Positions 24,185 through 25,811 of a stretch of 25,811 bases of DNA are shown in pieces. Each line of letters opens with the position of its first letter. The first letter of the stretch is position 1. The stretch comes from a virus (taxonomy: Duplodnaviria > Caudoviricetes): positions 1 to 25,811 of IMG/VR virus record IMGVR_UViG_3300025018_000494, one strand, 5' to 3'. Position numbers and translations under genes: made by a program. The notes under the pieces were generated by a model that had not been told where the DNA came from, ran no database searches, and saw only the letters and a list, made by a program, of their open reading frames with translations.

Positions 24185-24421
24185 TCAGGCCTTCGGCGGG
24201 GCTGTAGGGTTTTCGCGCCAGTACTTCCCGACGGCATCCTCCATCACTTCGATGATCTCGCGGGCTTCCGCAACGGTAAGGGCATCGAGGCCTTCGGGCT
24301 TGACCATGGCCTCGATACGTTCCGCCACCGTTCCGCCGGAGTAGATTCGCCAGGGGATCGTTGCCACCGTGTTCAGTTCAATGTGCTTTCCGCTTTTCAG
24401 GACGTGCATCGATTGCTCCAT
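24185..24421 (-). CDS. Tail assembly chaperone, gpG-like
   Basis: 78 aa, TGATG-coupled to the tail tube gene. Confidence 0.65.
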   Translation of the reverse strand: MEQSMHVLKSGKHIELNTVATIPWRIYSGGTVAERIEAMVKPEGLDALTVAEAREIIEVMEDAVGKYWRENPTAPPKA

Positions 24422-24882
24422 CAGCTCGGGTTGATTTCGGTGATCGCACCATCGACGGCGACGGTGATGTCCATCGTGATGATCTCATCGGTTTCGTCGC
24501 TCGTGTACGGCGTCGGAAAGCCAACATCCATCACGTGGCCGGGGAATGACCAGCCATTGATGGCGGCATCGCTGTACGCGGTCGGATTGTTGATCGTGAT
24601 CGTTGCCGGTGTCGGGACGCCGATGGCTGACAACGTGGCACGGCTGAGCGCGCTCGCACCGGTCCACTGGCAACGAAAAACTATGTTGTCGCTCGTGGTG
24701 AGACCGGCAGGCGCGAAGGTGCGAGCGCCGCCGGTCGTGCCCATGTGCGTCGTATCGACGCGACCATTGCGGGCGCTGTTGGGGATCGGCACAGACAGCA
24801 GATTGAGGGTCGGTCCGCCGGAGCCGAGAGTAACCGTTGCCCCGAGGGCGTTTGCAGCGATGCCGTTGTAGCTGGAGGGCAT
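24421..24882 (-). CDS. Major tail (tube) protein
   Basis: 153 aa; VDTTHMG...RTFAPAGL and WSFPGHV motifs; AGGAG SD; located after the terminator gene. Confidence 0.75.
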   Translation of the reverse strand: MPSSYNGIAANALGATVTLGSGGPTLNLLSVPIPNSARNGRVDTTHMGTTGGARTFAPAGLTTSDNIVFRCQWTGASALSRATLSAIGVPTPATITINNPTAYSDAAINGWSFPGHVMDVGFPTPYTSDETDEIITMDITVAVDGAITEINPS

Positions 24883-24897
24883 GGATGGTATCTCCTG

Positions 24898-25320
24898 TTA
24901 GGGTTGTCGCCAGATAATCCTGGCCTGAATCTGTCTACGATAGAGGCTCATATCACCGCCGTCAAGTGCGGGCTCGGCAATGTCGATGCCGATCCCCGTT
25001 ATCGTGGACAACTCTACACGGGCGCTGCCGACCGTCGTCAATCCAGCCACCACGGCGGCGCGAATGGCATCGGCGGCGGTCTGGGCAGTGGCGCGATCAT
25101 CCGCGCAAATGTCGATGTCGATGCTCTCGAAATAGAGGCCACCGCCGGACGCGTTGGCCATGGTCCGCTGGTCCACGCTGGCCACACGCTGCATGACCGC
25201 GTACGGGGTCGCCACGCCTTGCGGCGCTTCGTCCTGATACACGCGGCCGCCCAGCAGTCCGTTTGCCGTCGGGTTGTCGGCAATCCGCGAGCGGATGAAT
25301 CTGTATGGGGTCGTGCTCAT
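24898..25320 (-). CDS. Tail terminator / completion protein (DUF3168, gp17-like)
   Basis: GRVYQDEAPQGVATPYAVMQRV, IDICA, ADAIRAA motifs. Confidence 0.8.
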   Translation of the reverse strand: MSTTPYRFIRSRIADNPTANGLLGGRVYQDEAPQGVATPYAVMQRVASVDQRTMANASGGGLYFESIDIDICADDRATAQTAADAIRAAVVAGLTTVGSARVELSTITGIGIDIAEPALDGGDMSLYRRQIQARIIWRQP

Positions 25321-25781
25321 GACTTCGCGAGCTCCCTACGTACGGCCTTGTCCACGGCTTCGGCGACGATAGTACCACCACGGGCGAGCGCCAGGCGGCG
25401 ACCGTGTTGCAGGAAGCCCTTGCCGGTGTATTTGCGATACACAATGCGCACCTTCTTCTTGCCCTTCACGGCGACGGTTCCGCCAAATTCCTGGATCGCG
25501 GCGTACTCGTTGACATTCTTCGAGACGGTCTTGCGGCGGCGGATGCCGACGTAGGTCACGCGACGGCCACGGGTGCGTCCGCTGCTCACACCGATTGACC
25601 GGCGCAAGGCACCGCTACCCACGCCAATAAGCGCAGATTTGGCCTCTTGCTGTGCGACCTTCGCGACCGCCTTTTCGGCTGCCAACGAGATCCGATTCTG
25701 TACGCGCGATTGCAACCGGGCGAACTGTTTGTTCACGTCGGCGATGGATGCAACCATGGTGGACTGCTTCACCTTGATCAT
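25317..25781 (-). CDS. HK97 gp10-like tail-component protein
   Basis: SGALRRSI, YAAIQEFG and KGFL motifs; basic; start refined to 25781 (ATGA overlap). Confidence 0.78.
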   Translation of the reverse strand: MIKVKQSTMVASIADVNKQFARLQSRVQNRISLAAEKAVAKVAQQEAKSALIGVGSGALRRSIGVSSGRTRGRRVTYVGIRRRKTVSKNVNEYAAIQEFGGTVAVKGKKKVRIVYRKYTGKGFLQHGRRLALARGGTIVAEAVDKAVRRELAKS

Positions 25782-25811
25782 GATCGGGCCTCTGCGTTTA
25801 CGGTGGTCCAA
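25778..25811 (-). CDS. Partial 3' end of the upstream gene (probably head-closure/head-tail adaptor)
   Basis: Frame ...WTTVNAEARS* ends in an ATGA overlap with the gp10-like start; identity inferred from gene order only. Confidence 0.4.
   Translation of the reverse strand, partial: WTTVNAEARS

Noticed and set aside
449-25598. Many long plus-strand ORFs (e.g. 449-1306, 7582-8589, 17189-18202, 21522-22487, 23960-24871)
   Set aside because: They lie antisense to motif-bearing, coupled minus-strand genes and have no recognisable motifs; typical shadow ORFs of GC-rich DNA.

Overview
A 25.8-kb, GC-rich segment of a tailed dsDNA phage or prophage with a siphovirus-type tail module. All credible genes are on the minus strand and most are tightly coupled by ATGA/TGATG overlaps. 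Read in transcription order (right to left): end of a head-closure gene, HK97-gp10-like gene, tail terminator, tail tube, G/GT-type chaperone pair, short tape measure protein, two tail-tip proteins, two fibre-like proteins plus a chaperone, a zinc-ribbon microprotein, a GT2 glycosyltransferase-like gene and a lipoprotein/membrane cluster. The early region follows: RusA, Sak4-like ATPase, DUF669 SSB, HTH regulator, C5 methyltransferase, SF2 helicase, AEP primase-DUF3987, small hypothetical genes, PAPS-reductase-family gene, a terminator and an AT-rich iteron-bearing candidate origin. The most unusual signal is a network of internal direct repeats in the early region. It comprises three copies of a promoter plus covarying ACGAC-loop hairpin, a 23-bp hairpin repeat that brackets a variable single-gene slot, two paralogs with near-identical blocks alternating with divergent blocks, a 19-bp junction repeat flanking the PAPS gene, and a ~160-bp spacer assembled from 12-25-nt pieces of neighbouring genes. 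Together these suggest (inference) a short-homology gene-shuffling system. No integrase, reverse transcriptase, endolysin, tRNA or CRISPR array was recognised. All family calls come from motif recognition by eye, not from database searches.
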